Source: Bacilli bacterium (GTDB lineage: Bacteria > Bacillota_I > Bacilli_A > RFN20 > CAG-826). From it: a stretch of DNA of 64,000 nucleotides. Location of the stretch: NCBI GenBank assembly GCA_024408075.1, contig JAKSVK010000002.1, forward strand, positions 19,676 through 83,675. Reading direction: 5' to 3'. The notes under the pieces were generated by a model. The model had not been told where the DNA came from, did not search any database, and was given only the letters and a program-made list of their open reading frames with translations. Made by a program: the position numbers and the translations under genes. Positions 50,767 through 59,167 of this stretch are shown here, in pieces. Every line of letters begins with the position of its first letter. Position 1 is the first letter of the stretch.

Positions 50767-50955
50767 TTATACTTTTTCAATTTTTCGAAATGTTAATTTT
50801 CTTTTTTCCCCACATTCAATGTTATTTGCAAGTTCCCATCCTTCTTTTAAATGAGACTCAATTACTGCATTAGACTCATCACTAGTCACTAATACAGTTT
50901 TGCAAGTAACATGTTTTTCCATTATTGATCTAATTTGATCATCGGTTAATTTCAT
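50767..50955 (-). CDS. 62-aa hypothetical protein, first gene of the GGGtGRT operon
   Basis: A TATAAT box (reverse complement of 50962-50967) lies 6 nt before the ATG. No terminator is seen before the next gene. Confidence 0.5.
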   Translation of the reverse strand: MKLTDDQIRSIMEKHVTCKTVLVTSDESNAVIESHLKEGWELANNIECGEKRKLTFRKIEKV

Positions 50956-51042
50956 AAGTCAATTATACTTTATTGGTTAATAAAGATATATAGTTAATCA
51001 AAACATGTTTATACTTTTTATCAAAAATCATAAAATTATTGT

Positions 51043-52035
51043 ATGAGAACTTATTACATCACAGGTATAACAGGTTTTGTTGGCTATAATTTTTACTTAA
51101 AAATCAAAGATGAAGATGTAAAAATTATCGCTTTTACGATGAAAAATGATAGAAATAAAAAACTCTTTGAAAATGACAAAAAAGTCACTTTTGTTGATGG
51201 AGATATTTCTAACTTTAATGATGTCGAAAAGTTCTTATCTACAAAATCTGAGGGAGAAAAATATATCATCCACATTGCAGGTAAAATCACTACATTAAAA
51301 AATGGAGATCCTTTAATAGACAAAATCAATTATGTTGGAACTAAAAATATAGTTGATGTTTCAAATAAATATGACTTCAAAAAAATACTTTGTGTCTCTA
51401 GTGTTGACGCGATTGAAGTAAATAAAAAAGATAATAATAAAATCTATGAGCCTTCATACTATAATGAAGAAAAAGTTGAAGGAATCTACGCGAAAAGTAA
51501 AGCTAGAGCTAATAATTACATCATAGATCACTGTAAAAACTACATTATCATATTACCTAGCGCAATTGTTGGACCAAACGACTATACGGGTGCACCAATA
51601 AATGTTGCAGTTAATAAAGTTGTATCAAACAAAATGAAGGCATATGTTTCTGGCGGATATAACATCGTAGATGTAAGAGACGTTGTTGATGGCATGCTTG
51701 CTGCTATAAATTCTCCTTATGTTAATACTTCATATCTATTTGTTGGTCATAGACTTTCAATAAAAGAAGTACTAAGAAAAACAGCAAAATTAGCTTGTGT
51801 TAGTAATCCTCTTTTTGCAGTTCCACACATCTTTGTTAAGATGGTTTCGCCTTTTATTGTTTTATCTGCAAAAAGGAAAAAGAAAACCCCATTATTTACA
51901 GGGTTTGCTATGAACTGTTTAAAAGTTAATCCTAATTTTTCACCAGATAAAGCAATTAAAGAATTAAATTACAACGTTCGTGATTTAGATTTATCTATAA
52001 AAGATACAATCGAATTTATTAAGCATAATAATTAA
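51043..52035 (+). CDS. NAD-dependent epimerase/dehydratase-family SDR
   Basis: 330 aa with a Rossmann motif ITGITGFVG and a YAKSK catalytic motif. Confidence 0.7.
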   Translation: MRTYYITGITGFVGYNFYLKIKDEDVKIIAFTMKNDRNKKLFENDKKVTFVDGDISNFNDVEKFLSTKSEGEKYIIHIAGKITTLKNGDPLIDKINYVGTKNIVDVSNKYDFKKILCVSSVDAIEVNKKDNNKIYEPSYYNEEKVEGIYAKSKARANNYIIDHCKNYIIILPSAIVGPNDYTGAPINVAVNKVVSNKMKAYVSGGYNIVDVRDVVDGMLAAINSPYVNTSYLFVGHRLSIKEVLRKTAKLACVSNPLFAVPHIFVKMVSPFIVLSAKRKKKTPLFTGFAMNCLKVNPNFSPDKAIKELNYNVRDLDLSIKDTIEFIKHNN

Positions 52036-52936
52036 CAGGAATTTTCATATTATTTTTAAGCAATAATTCATCCTGTCTTTTGAAGTACTTTTTAAAGAAT
52101 TTGAAATAACCTTTGGTGTTTTTATTTACATAGTTATCTTTAATAGAAGGATCTTCTACTAATTGTTGATATTTGAATGGTCCATTTACTACCCAATGAT
52201 TGAGAATGCCCATATTAATCGCATCTTTTGGACAGTTATAACAGCATCTCATACAAAGCGCACAACTTGTTTTTGCTCTGATCTTCCCTTTCTTATTAAT
52301 ATATAAAGAATTAGTAGGACAGTTATTCACACACATCATACATCTTGTGCATTTTTTCTTTTTAACATGAAGAAGAGGTTTATTCACAAAAGCTGCAATC
52401 CATTCAATTCTAAACAGAAATGAACAAATATGACTACCAACACCATGTTTAATATGTTCAGGATTATTTTCAAGAATTCCTTTAACAAAAACTTTACATA
52501 ACGGCTCTAAATATAGATACATTTGTTTAGCTAATTCATCCTTATATCTAAACATGATGTTATAAGGCATAAGGAAATGTTTCTCAGCTATTAAATGTAA
52601 GTTTTTCCTCTTTAATAATCTAAGTGGTTTACAACTACTTGAGTTGTTCATTGGAAAAGGTTCACCACTAACTTTGTAAATAAATAATGGAATTTTTTTA
52701 TTTGCTTTTTTAAGTGTTTTTAAAAACTTATAAAATGGCTTTGCAATGTTAAAAGCATGAATCGGATAGCCTATTCCAATCATGTCAAAATCATCTAAAT
52801 TATACGCAAATCCCGTATTTTTTTTATAAATATAGTGAATTACTTCATGATTAAAAGATTCAAATTCTTTTTGAATGTAATTCCCACAAAGTAAAGTATT
52901 TCCTGTACCAGTAAAGGTTATTAAAAGAATTTTCAT
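52019..52936 (-). CDS. EFR1-family ferredoxin (flavodoxin-like domain + 2x[4Fe-4S])
   Basis: 305 aa beginning MKILLITFTGTGNT, with two Cys clusters CTRCMMCVNNCP and CALCMRCCYNCP. Confidence 0.7.
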   Translation of the reverse strand: MKILLITFTGTGNTLLCGNYIQKEFESFNHEVIHYIYKKNTGFAYNLDDFDMIGIGYPIHAFNIAKPFYKFLKTLKKANKKIPLFIYKVSGEPFPMNNSSSCKPLRLLKRKNLHLIAEKHFLMPYNIMFRYKDELAKQMYLYLEPLCKVFVKGILENNPEHIKHGVGSHICSFLFRIEWIAAFVNKPLLHVKKKKCTRCMMCVNNCPTNSLYINKKGKIRAKTSCALCMRCCYNCPKDAINMGILNHWVVNGPFKYQQLVEDPSIKDNYVNKNTKGYFKFFKKYFKRQDELLLKNNMKIPVNYYA

Positions 52937-52942
52937 TAAATG

Positions 52943-53959
52943 TTATTTATAATCTCCTGGATTTGGATAACATCTATCCATTGTTTCTTTAATTGATTCT
53001 TCAAGTCCACCACGAGAAATATGTAATTCTTCGCAAACTTCATCAAGAACTTTTTCAGGGACAACTAAGTCTTTTGACATGACTTCTTTCATGACTAAAG
53101 CATAGTCAAGTCCACCTTCTTTTCCTTGTTTATGGAATCCTTTTTCAATATGTTTAGCTCCCATAACGCACATCCAAGTAGGAGGTAAAACGACTTTCTT
53201 TTTAATTCCTTTGCATTCACTCATATATTGAAGCATCCATTTATATGATTTATTTTGATCACCAACTGGATATCTTGCTCCATCTTTACCATATTCTAAA
53301 GCTCCAATTGCTGACTCAGCAATATGAGTAATGCTTGTCATAGTTGTACTCCCTTTTGAGAAATAAACTATCTTATGTCCATTAACATATCTATCTAGGA
53401 AAACATCTCTCCAAATTGGGAGTCTTGCTTCCATTGAACCAAAGATGTATGGATATTCGAGAACAACAACTTCCATATTTTTCTTTTGTTTATTTAACAA
53501 TTCAGCTTGTTCGACCCTACATCTAACATAAGGATGTTTTTCTTTAAGTTTCATTTCAGGATGTTCACGATCAAAATATGCGAAATATGAGTTGCATACA
53601 GCAGCTTTCTTGATACCAGCTTTTTCTGCAGCTCTAAAAACTTTTGCACAACTTTCAACTAATCTAAAATGGAAGAATTCATATGCTGGTTTCTCTGGTG
53701 TATATCGATCATCTGGTCCAACAGCATAAAACATATAATCATAGCCTTTTAATAAAGGAACTAATTCTTCTTCAGTAGCAGTAAAAACATCACAAATGGT
53801 ATTCTTAATTTCTTTTGGATACCAACTTGCTAAATCTTTATTTACTAAATCATCATCTAAAACAGAAATAGATGCAACTTCATAGCCCTTGCTTAAAGCA
53901 AGTTTTGCAGTGTAGTAACCGATAAAACCAGTACCACCAATAATAATTAGTTTTTTCAT
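52943..53959 (-). CDS. NAD(P)-dependent SDR/epimerase-family oxidoreductase
   Basis: 338 aa with a Rossmann motif IIIGGTGFIG. AGAGGT serves as the SD. Confidence 0.65.
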   Translation of the reverse strand: MKKLIIIGGTGFIGYYTAKLALSKGYEVASISVLDDDLVNKDLASWYPKEIKNTICDVFTATEEELVPLLKGYDYMFYAVGPDDRYTPEKPAYEFFHFRLVESCAKVFRAAEKAGIKKAAVCNSYFAYFDREHPEMKLKEKHPYVRCRVEQAELLNKQKKNMEVVVLEYPYIFGSMEARLPIWRDVFLDRYVNGHKIVYFSKGSTTMTSITHIAESAIGALEYGKDGARYPVGDQNKSYKWMLQYMSECKGIKKKVVLPPTWMCVMGAKHIEKGFHKQGKEGGLDYALVMKEVMSKDLVVPEKVLDEVCEELHISRGGLEESIKETMDRCYPNPGDYK

Positions 53960-54084
53960 TCAAGTACCTCTTAAAATAGATTTATACATATATAATAACG
54001 GATTAAGATTTATAAATAAAACTTAAATATATTCGATAAGAAAGCAAATAAGCTTTGATTTCAATAAAGATTTGGTCTAGAAAG

Positions 54085-54951
54085 TCATTTTTCTTTTATC
54101 ATATTTACTGAAACCATAAAAGTCTCTTTATTAAAACCTGAAATAATAGAGTCATTATTTTTAATAAAACGCAAAACGTCTTTTTTGCACTCATCAAAAT
54201 TGACTTCATTAAATTTATCTATCAAAACTTTTTTCAAAGTATCGAGTGAAAATTGTTCATTGCTATCCAAATAGCCAAATTTTCTAAGACCATTATTTAA
54301 AAATGATAAATTCACTTTAGTATCTTTTGACAAATAAAATAGGTAATCGTAAAAATCTCTGCCCTTTAATCTTGAATCCCATTTTCTATTTAAAATTGCA
54401 ATCAATTTTGAAGCAAATAAAGTTTCCATATCAAAAGTTTTCACGAAACATAAATTCGGCTTAAAGAGTAAAAGATTCTCAAAATTTCCTTCAAAAATGC
54501 CATTTTTTCCAATTTCTACTTTTACTGATAGAATTTCATTAGAAATAATTTTTCTTGTAAATTTTGGATAAGTTATCTCAACCAACATTTTAAGATTAAA
54601 ATTAAAAAAATATGATTCAACTGAAGTTTCTTGTTTTTTCTGTTTACTAGAAAGTTCACATTCTAATCCAAATGAACTCAACGTTTCTTTTGCTTGTAAT
54701 AAATATTTTTTAAAATCAAATTCTGTTGAACAATTCGTCATTAAAAAATCTAAGTCTTCAGAAAATCTTGGTAATCCTCTAAATATACGTAAAGATGTCC
54801 CTCCATAAAAAACTGCATTTCTGAAAAAATCATCTTTTGCAAGACCACAAAGTATGATTCTTTGTATTACTTCTTTCATTGAATTTTTAATATCTTCAAG
54901 AGTAATTGGTTCATACTCTTTAATTAATGATAAAAATGAATAATTAATCAT
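54085..54951 (-). CDS. AbiEii/AbiGii-family nucleotidyltransferase toxin (type IV TA / abortive infection)
   Basis: 288 aa with the hallmark NTase block FYGGTSLRIFRGLPRFSEDLDF. It overlaps the upstream antitoxin fragment by 8 nt. Confidence 0.8.
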   Translation of the reverse strand: MINYSFLSLIKEYEPITLEDIKNSMKEVIQRIILCGLAKDDFFRNAVFYGGTSLRIFRGLPRFSEDLDFLMTNCSTEFDFKKYLLQAKETLSSFGLECELSSKQKKQETSVESYFFNFNLKMLVEITYPKFTRKIISNEILSVKVEIGKNGIFEGNFENLLLFKPNLCFVKTFDMETLFASKLIAILNRKWDSRLKGRDFYDYLFYLSKDTKVNLSFLNNGLRKFGYLDSNEQFSLDTLKKVLIDKFNEVNFDECKKDVLRFIKNNDSIISGFNKETFMVSVNMIKEK

Positions 54952-55177
54952 GTAATTCTCCTTTTAAATACATATTCATAAACAAATTAACGTTAGACGA
55001 GTGATAATAAGGCTGTAATTCAATCAATATATTTTTGTCTAGCCTGTCTAGTACTATTTCACTAATTCGCATGTTTTCAAATAAAAATCCCAACATTTCT
55101 TTTTTGGTTCTAATAATCGGCTTAACTTTGTATAAAAAATCTAATAATGCTTTTTCTTTTAAAGCAATTCGATACAT
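54944..55177 (-). CDS. AbiEi-like antitoxin, C-terminal fragment only (N-terminal wHTH missing)
   Basis: 77 aa from the first ATG, and the frame stays open upstream to 55288. It occupies the position and overlap expected for AbiEi but is less than half the usual length. Confidence 0.5.
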   Translation of the reverse strand: MYRIALKEKALLDFLYKVKPIIRTKKEMLGFLFENMRISEIVLDRLDKNILIELQPYYHSSNVNLFMNMYLKGELHD

Positions 55178-55200
55178 ATATTCGCCATCAGAAATATAGT

Positions 55201-55863
55201 TTACAGCAAGAGGAAAAACTTCAGCAGGAACATCACAGTAAGTATGTATGAAGTCCCATTTGCTAAGTTGTATGCATCTAAATCTTCTTCAGCAATTGAA
55301 ATAATATTAATACCTTGAAGAGTAAAGAAGTCTTCATTATAGTAAAGCATTGTTGGATTAGATAATTGTGGAAGAGCATAAAGGTTTTCACCTTCTCCTT
55401 TCCATTTAGTCGCATAATTTAATCTATATCTATCAAGAGAATTTTGAGAAAAATCAGCAAGATCTAAAACTCTTTCACCATTAGCATCATAAGTTATTAG
55501 TGATTCATCCTCAAAATAAGGATCTAAATTTTCAAAGAATTTATCTTCAACAGCCTTAATCATTACTTGATCATAAAGTGGATGAATATCAACTTCAGTA
55601 GGTTGTTTTGTAAAATCAGCAATATTTAGAGTTTCAGCAATATTTCCTGTTCTATAAATTAATTTCACATCAACTTTGTCGATAATACCTTGACCACTAT
55701 TGTATGCGTCTACAACGCTTTTAATCATATCTGCATTGTATCTATTTCGAGTGGTCCACAAAGTAATGGTTACTCCATTATTTGACTTATTCTTTCCACA
55801 GCCAGCTAAAGCAAATAATGTAGCAGGTAAGACTAATCCTAATAATACTTTCTTATTTTTCAT
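55201..55863 (-). pseudogene. sugar ABC-transporter substrate-binding lipoprotein, 3'-truncated
   Basis: Lipobox LFALAGC and an SBP-like N-terminal ~205 aa, followed by a nonsense hydrophobic tail (ILTVMFLLKFFLLL) where the AbiE cassette begins. Confidence 0.65.
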
Positions 55864-55880
55864 AAAACGAAATCCTCTCT

Positions 55881-56525
55881 TTAAAATTTATTAAAATCTT
55901 TATTTTTATTAACTACTGCTTTATCGCTCATTATGCTGAAAGTAGATTCTTTATCGAATAAATGAATAAATGATTCTTCAAAACCAATACAGACAGTTTC
56001 ACCAATATGTGATTCAACTCGATATGGAACTTTAACATTTATAAGTTGATTGTTAAACCCATCTAACAATAATTGAGTTTCATTACCAAGGTTCTCAATA
56101 TCTCTAATTACGAATTGTAACCCATCCTTATTTGGAATAATATTTTCACCCCTGATGCCAAGAATTACTTCATGTTCAAATCCATCAATGTATTTTTCAT
56201 TGATTTCACGTAACATTTTAAGTTCGTAAGTGAATTTGAAGTTATTGTCAAATGTAAAAGTAACTCTATCTTTATCTGATTTCATTACAACATTAAACAA
56301 ATTCATTTGTGGTGTCCCAATAAAACCTGCTACAAACAAATTTTGTGGGAAATCAAATAATCTAGTAGGAGTATCAACTTGTTGAATCACTCCATCTTTC
56401 ATTACAACAATTCTATCTCCCATTGTCATGGCTTCAACTTGATCGTGAGTAACATAAATAAATGTTGTTTTTAAATCATTATGTAATTTCGTAATTTCGC
56501 TTCTCATCGATACACGAAGCTTTGC
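55881..56525 (-). pseudogene. MsmX/UgpC-type ABC ATPase, 5'-truncated (no Walker A)
   Basis: Homology starts at [33 protein letters not shown], which covers the Walker B, D-loop and H-loop, and includes the C-terminal regulatory domain. The N-terminal ~160 aa are absent. Confidence 0.7.
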
Positions 56526-57054
56526 ATGCACTATATGATAATGATGGCAAACGAACATCATATCCTTGAGTAATAGAATCACCATAAAAAAGAAATTTAA
56601 TAGGTTTTTGCACAGGTTTTACAAAAGATTTCTCATCTATTTCAATATAATCAATATCCAATTTATATAAGCAAGGTAAGTAGATTGTTACTCTGGCAGG
56701 AGTCTCATAAAGCTTAAATTCGAATTCACCACTTCTTCGCGAATAAAACTCTTCTCCATGATGAGCAATAATATTATTATTTACTAAAACATCTATATAC
56801 CAAAACAATCGTGATGATGCACTTTTAACATTTTTATAACCAATTTTAATAAATTCTGAGTTAGTGTAAAAATCAAGAACAACATTGCAAGTTGCATGTG
56901 ACCTTTTTTCATAATCTTCTCTAATCCAATCACTATTAGTGAAATCATTAATAGTTTCATCTTTCATTCTTTCAAAATGAACTAAATTATTTTCTAATGA
57001 GATGGACTCGTAGCCAGAAGAAATTTGTTTAATAGTTTCAAATGATAATTTCAT
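56479..57054 (-). pseudogene. SGNH/GDSL (CE2-like) esterase, 3'-truncated just after the GDS motif
   Basis: An N-terminal beta-sandwich-like ~150 aa is followed by [13 protein letters not shown]. The reading frame then runs into the ATPase fragment and stops. Confidence 0.6.
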
Positions 57055-57231
57055 AATTAAAATTTTTCCTCTTCCTCTTTATATATTTGACCCAAAGCTC
57101 CATTTGGATGCCATTTAATATATTATTTTGTATTAATGAGTTTATATAAGAAAACTTTTTTTTGCAGTGAAGTTAAGAGAAAAAATAATATTTTGGTACA
57201 TAATCTTAATAAATATTTAAAGTTTTTTTAA

Positions 57232-57267
57232 GAAAAAAACAAAAGGACCTACCAAAAGATAGATCCT
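57232..57267 (-). terminator. terminator of the rpsF-ssb-rpsR operon
   Basis: The minus-strand RNA forms a 10-bp stem AGGAUCUAUC/GGUAGGUCCU (two G-U pairs), followed by UUUGUUUUUUU. Confidence 0.65.
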
Positions 57268-57293
57268 ATAAGTTTTACTAAATTTACTTCAAA

Positions 57294-57521
57294 TTAGTCA
57301 GCAACATATGGTAATAAAGCCATATATCTTGCATTTTTAATAGCTACTGCTAATTCTCTTTGATGTTTTGCACATGTTCCAGTAGCTCTTCTTGGTGAAA
57401 TTTTACCATTTTGAGCAATGAACATTTTTAACATTTCTACATCTTTATAATCAATATATTTAATATTGTTTTTCTTGAAGTAACAGACTTTTTTATGTGG
57501 TCTAACTTTTTTAAATGCCAT
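57294..57521 (-). CDS. rpsR: 30S ribosomal protein S18
   Basis: 75 aa, S18-like ([17 protein letters not shown]). Confidence 0.9.
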   Translation of the reverse strand: MAFKKVRPHKKVCYFKKNNIKYIDYKDVEMLKMFIAQNGKISPRRATGTCAKHQRELAVAIKNARYMALLPYVAD

Positions 57522-57538
57522 TTTATTAATTTCCTTTC

Positions 57539-57979
57539 TTAGAATGGAAGATCGTCATCGGTAATTTCAATGCTATCTACATTCTCTTCTTTAGTTTCTT
57601 CATTAGCTGGAGTGCTGTCATCAAATGGTGGAATATCCATCTCTTCGTTTTCGACAGCTTCTCTTCTTTCTAAGAATTGAACTGAGTCACATAGGACTTC
57701 GATAACACTGGCTTTTGAACCATCACTTTTTACATAACTTCTTTGATTCAAACGACCTTCAATACCTACTAATAATCCTTTACGAGCAAACTTACTCACA
57801 TTGTCTGCTGAAGCTGAGAAGACAACGCAAGGAATAAAACTTGTTGTTTTAGTTCCATCTTGTGCCTTTGTTCTGTTATCAACAGCAACAGTGAAAGTGC
57901 ATACTGCGTTTCCGGAAGTTGTTTTTCTGAGTTCTGGATCTCTTGTTAATCGACCCACTAACACGATTCGGTTAATCAT
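57539..57979 (-). CDS. ssb: single-stranded DNA-binding protein
   Basis: 146 aa with an OB fold ([18 protein letters not shown]) and the acidic tip DDDLPF. Confidence 0.9.
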   Translation of the reverse strand: MINRIVLVGRLTRDPELRKTTSGNAVCTFTVAVDNRTKAQDGTKTTSFIPCVVFSASADNVSKFARKGLLVGIEGRLNQRSYVKSDGSKASVIEVLCDSVQFLERREAVENEEMDIPPFDDSTPANEETKEENVDSIEITDDDLPF

Positions 57980-57990
57980 AGATTACCTCC

Positions 57991-58281
57991 TTATTTGTCT
58001 AAATTGACGATTAAATGACGAATGACTTTTGCATCAATACGAACTAAACGATTGAATTCATCAATTGCTTTGTTGTCCATTAATGTCTTTAGTACAACGT
58101 AGTAGCCTTTAGTTTCCTTATTAATAGGATAAGCTAATTCACGTAAACCCATTGCTTCACTAGTTTCTTCAACCTTACCACCATTATCGGTAATGATTTT
58201 AGAAAGTTTAGCAATTTCTTCTTTACGAGCTGCTTCATCTAAATCGGCTTTTAAAATGTACATAATTTCATATTTGCGCAT
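57991..58281 (-). CDS. rpsF: 30S ribosomal protein S6
   Basis: 96 aa beginning MRKYEIMYIL. GGGAGGG serves as the SD. Confidence 0.9.
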   Translation of the reverse strand: MRKYEIMYILKADLDEAARKEEIAKLSKIITDNGGKVEETSEAMGLRELAYPINKETKGYYVVLKTLMDNKAIDEFNRLVRIDAKVIRHLIVNLDK

Positions 58282-58353
58282 TTTTTTACCCTCCCTTTGG
58301 TCTAACGGCTGTTATTTATTAACAGCAGAGATTTGCTAATATTTAGCATATGT

Positions 58354-58382
58354 ATTATACATATACCATATAATCTTGTAAA
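58354..58382 (-). promoter_or_regulatory. promoter of the rpsF operon
   Basis: The reverse strand reads TTTACA (58382-58377), a 17-bp spacer, then TATAAT (58359-58354). This leaves a leader of about 65 nt. Confidence 0.5.
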
Positions 58383-58522
58383 GAAAAGTATTCGTCTATT
58401 GATTTGTTATTAAAATGGCAAAATAACTCCTCTCACTATTTATATAGTCAGAAAAGTATCGATTTTGATTAAACTTTTTTATTTATAATCCTGTTGCATA
58501 TAATGCAAAAAATATTTTTCAA

Positions 58523-58549
58523 CAAAAAAAGATTGGCAAAAACCAATCT
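58523..58549 (-). terminator. terminator after rubrerythrin (bidirectional shape)
   Basis: Stem AGATTGG/CCAATCT (58530-58536 / 58543-58549), flanked by A- and T-runs. Confidence 0.6.
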
Positions 58550-58570
58550 TTTTTAAAAATTTCCGCTATT

Positions 58571-59110
58571 TTAATAGTTCTTTGCTTGTCTTTCAAAGTA
58601 GCTTTTTGCATGTGCACAAGTTGGACAAACTTCTGGAGCTTCTTTGCCTACATGGATGTGTCCACAGTTACGGCATTTCCAGATAACTACATCTTCAGCA
58701 ACAAACACTTTATTGGAGTTAACTTTCTCAAGTAATGCTCTATATCTTTCTTCATGAACTTTTTCAATCTTTGCAACTAATTCAAATTTAGTAGCAATTT
58801 CTTCAAAGCCTTCTTCACGAGCAACTTTTGCCATTTCAGCATACATTTCTGTCCACTCAAAATTTTCTCCAGTTGCAGCATCTAATAAGTTTTCACTTGT
58901 TGATGGAACTTTTCCGTCATGAAGATATTTAAACCAAAGTTCAGCATGTTCTTTTTCATTAGCAGCAGTTTCTTCAAAGATAGCTCCGATTTGTTCATAG
59001 CCTTCTTTTTTAGCCTTACTTGCATAATAAGTATATTTATTTCTTGCTTGAGATTCTCCAGCAAAAGCGGTCATTAAATTTTTTTCAGTTTTACTTCCTT
59101 TTAAGTTCAT
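58571..59110 (-). CDS. rbr: rubrerythrin
   Basis: 179 aa with a ferritin-like diiron domain (two ExxH motifs) and a C-terminal rubredoxin-type CRNCG...CPTC. AGGAGG serves as the SD. Confidence 0.9.
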   Translation of the reverse strand: MNLKGSKTEKNLMTAFAGESQARNKYTYYASKAKKEGYEQIGAIFEETAANEKEHAELWFKYLHDGKVPSTSENLLDAATGENFEWTEMYAEMAKVAREEGFEEIATKFELVAKIEKVHEERYRALLEKVNSNKVFVAEDVVIWKCRNCGHIHVGKEAPEVCPTCAHAKSYFERQAKNY

Positions 59111-59167
59111 AGTAAACCTCCTTTATTTATATTAATAATATATATCTATTCATGAGAGAAATGATAA

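Noticed and set aside
56479-56585. Overlap of two same-strand ORFs in different frames, which could suggest a programmed frameshift or a sequencing error within one gene.
   Set aside because: The two halves belong to unrelated families (SGNH esterase N-terminus and ABC ATPase C-terminus), and each is incomplete. A deletion junction explains the overlap better than recoding.
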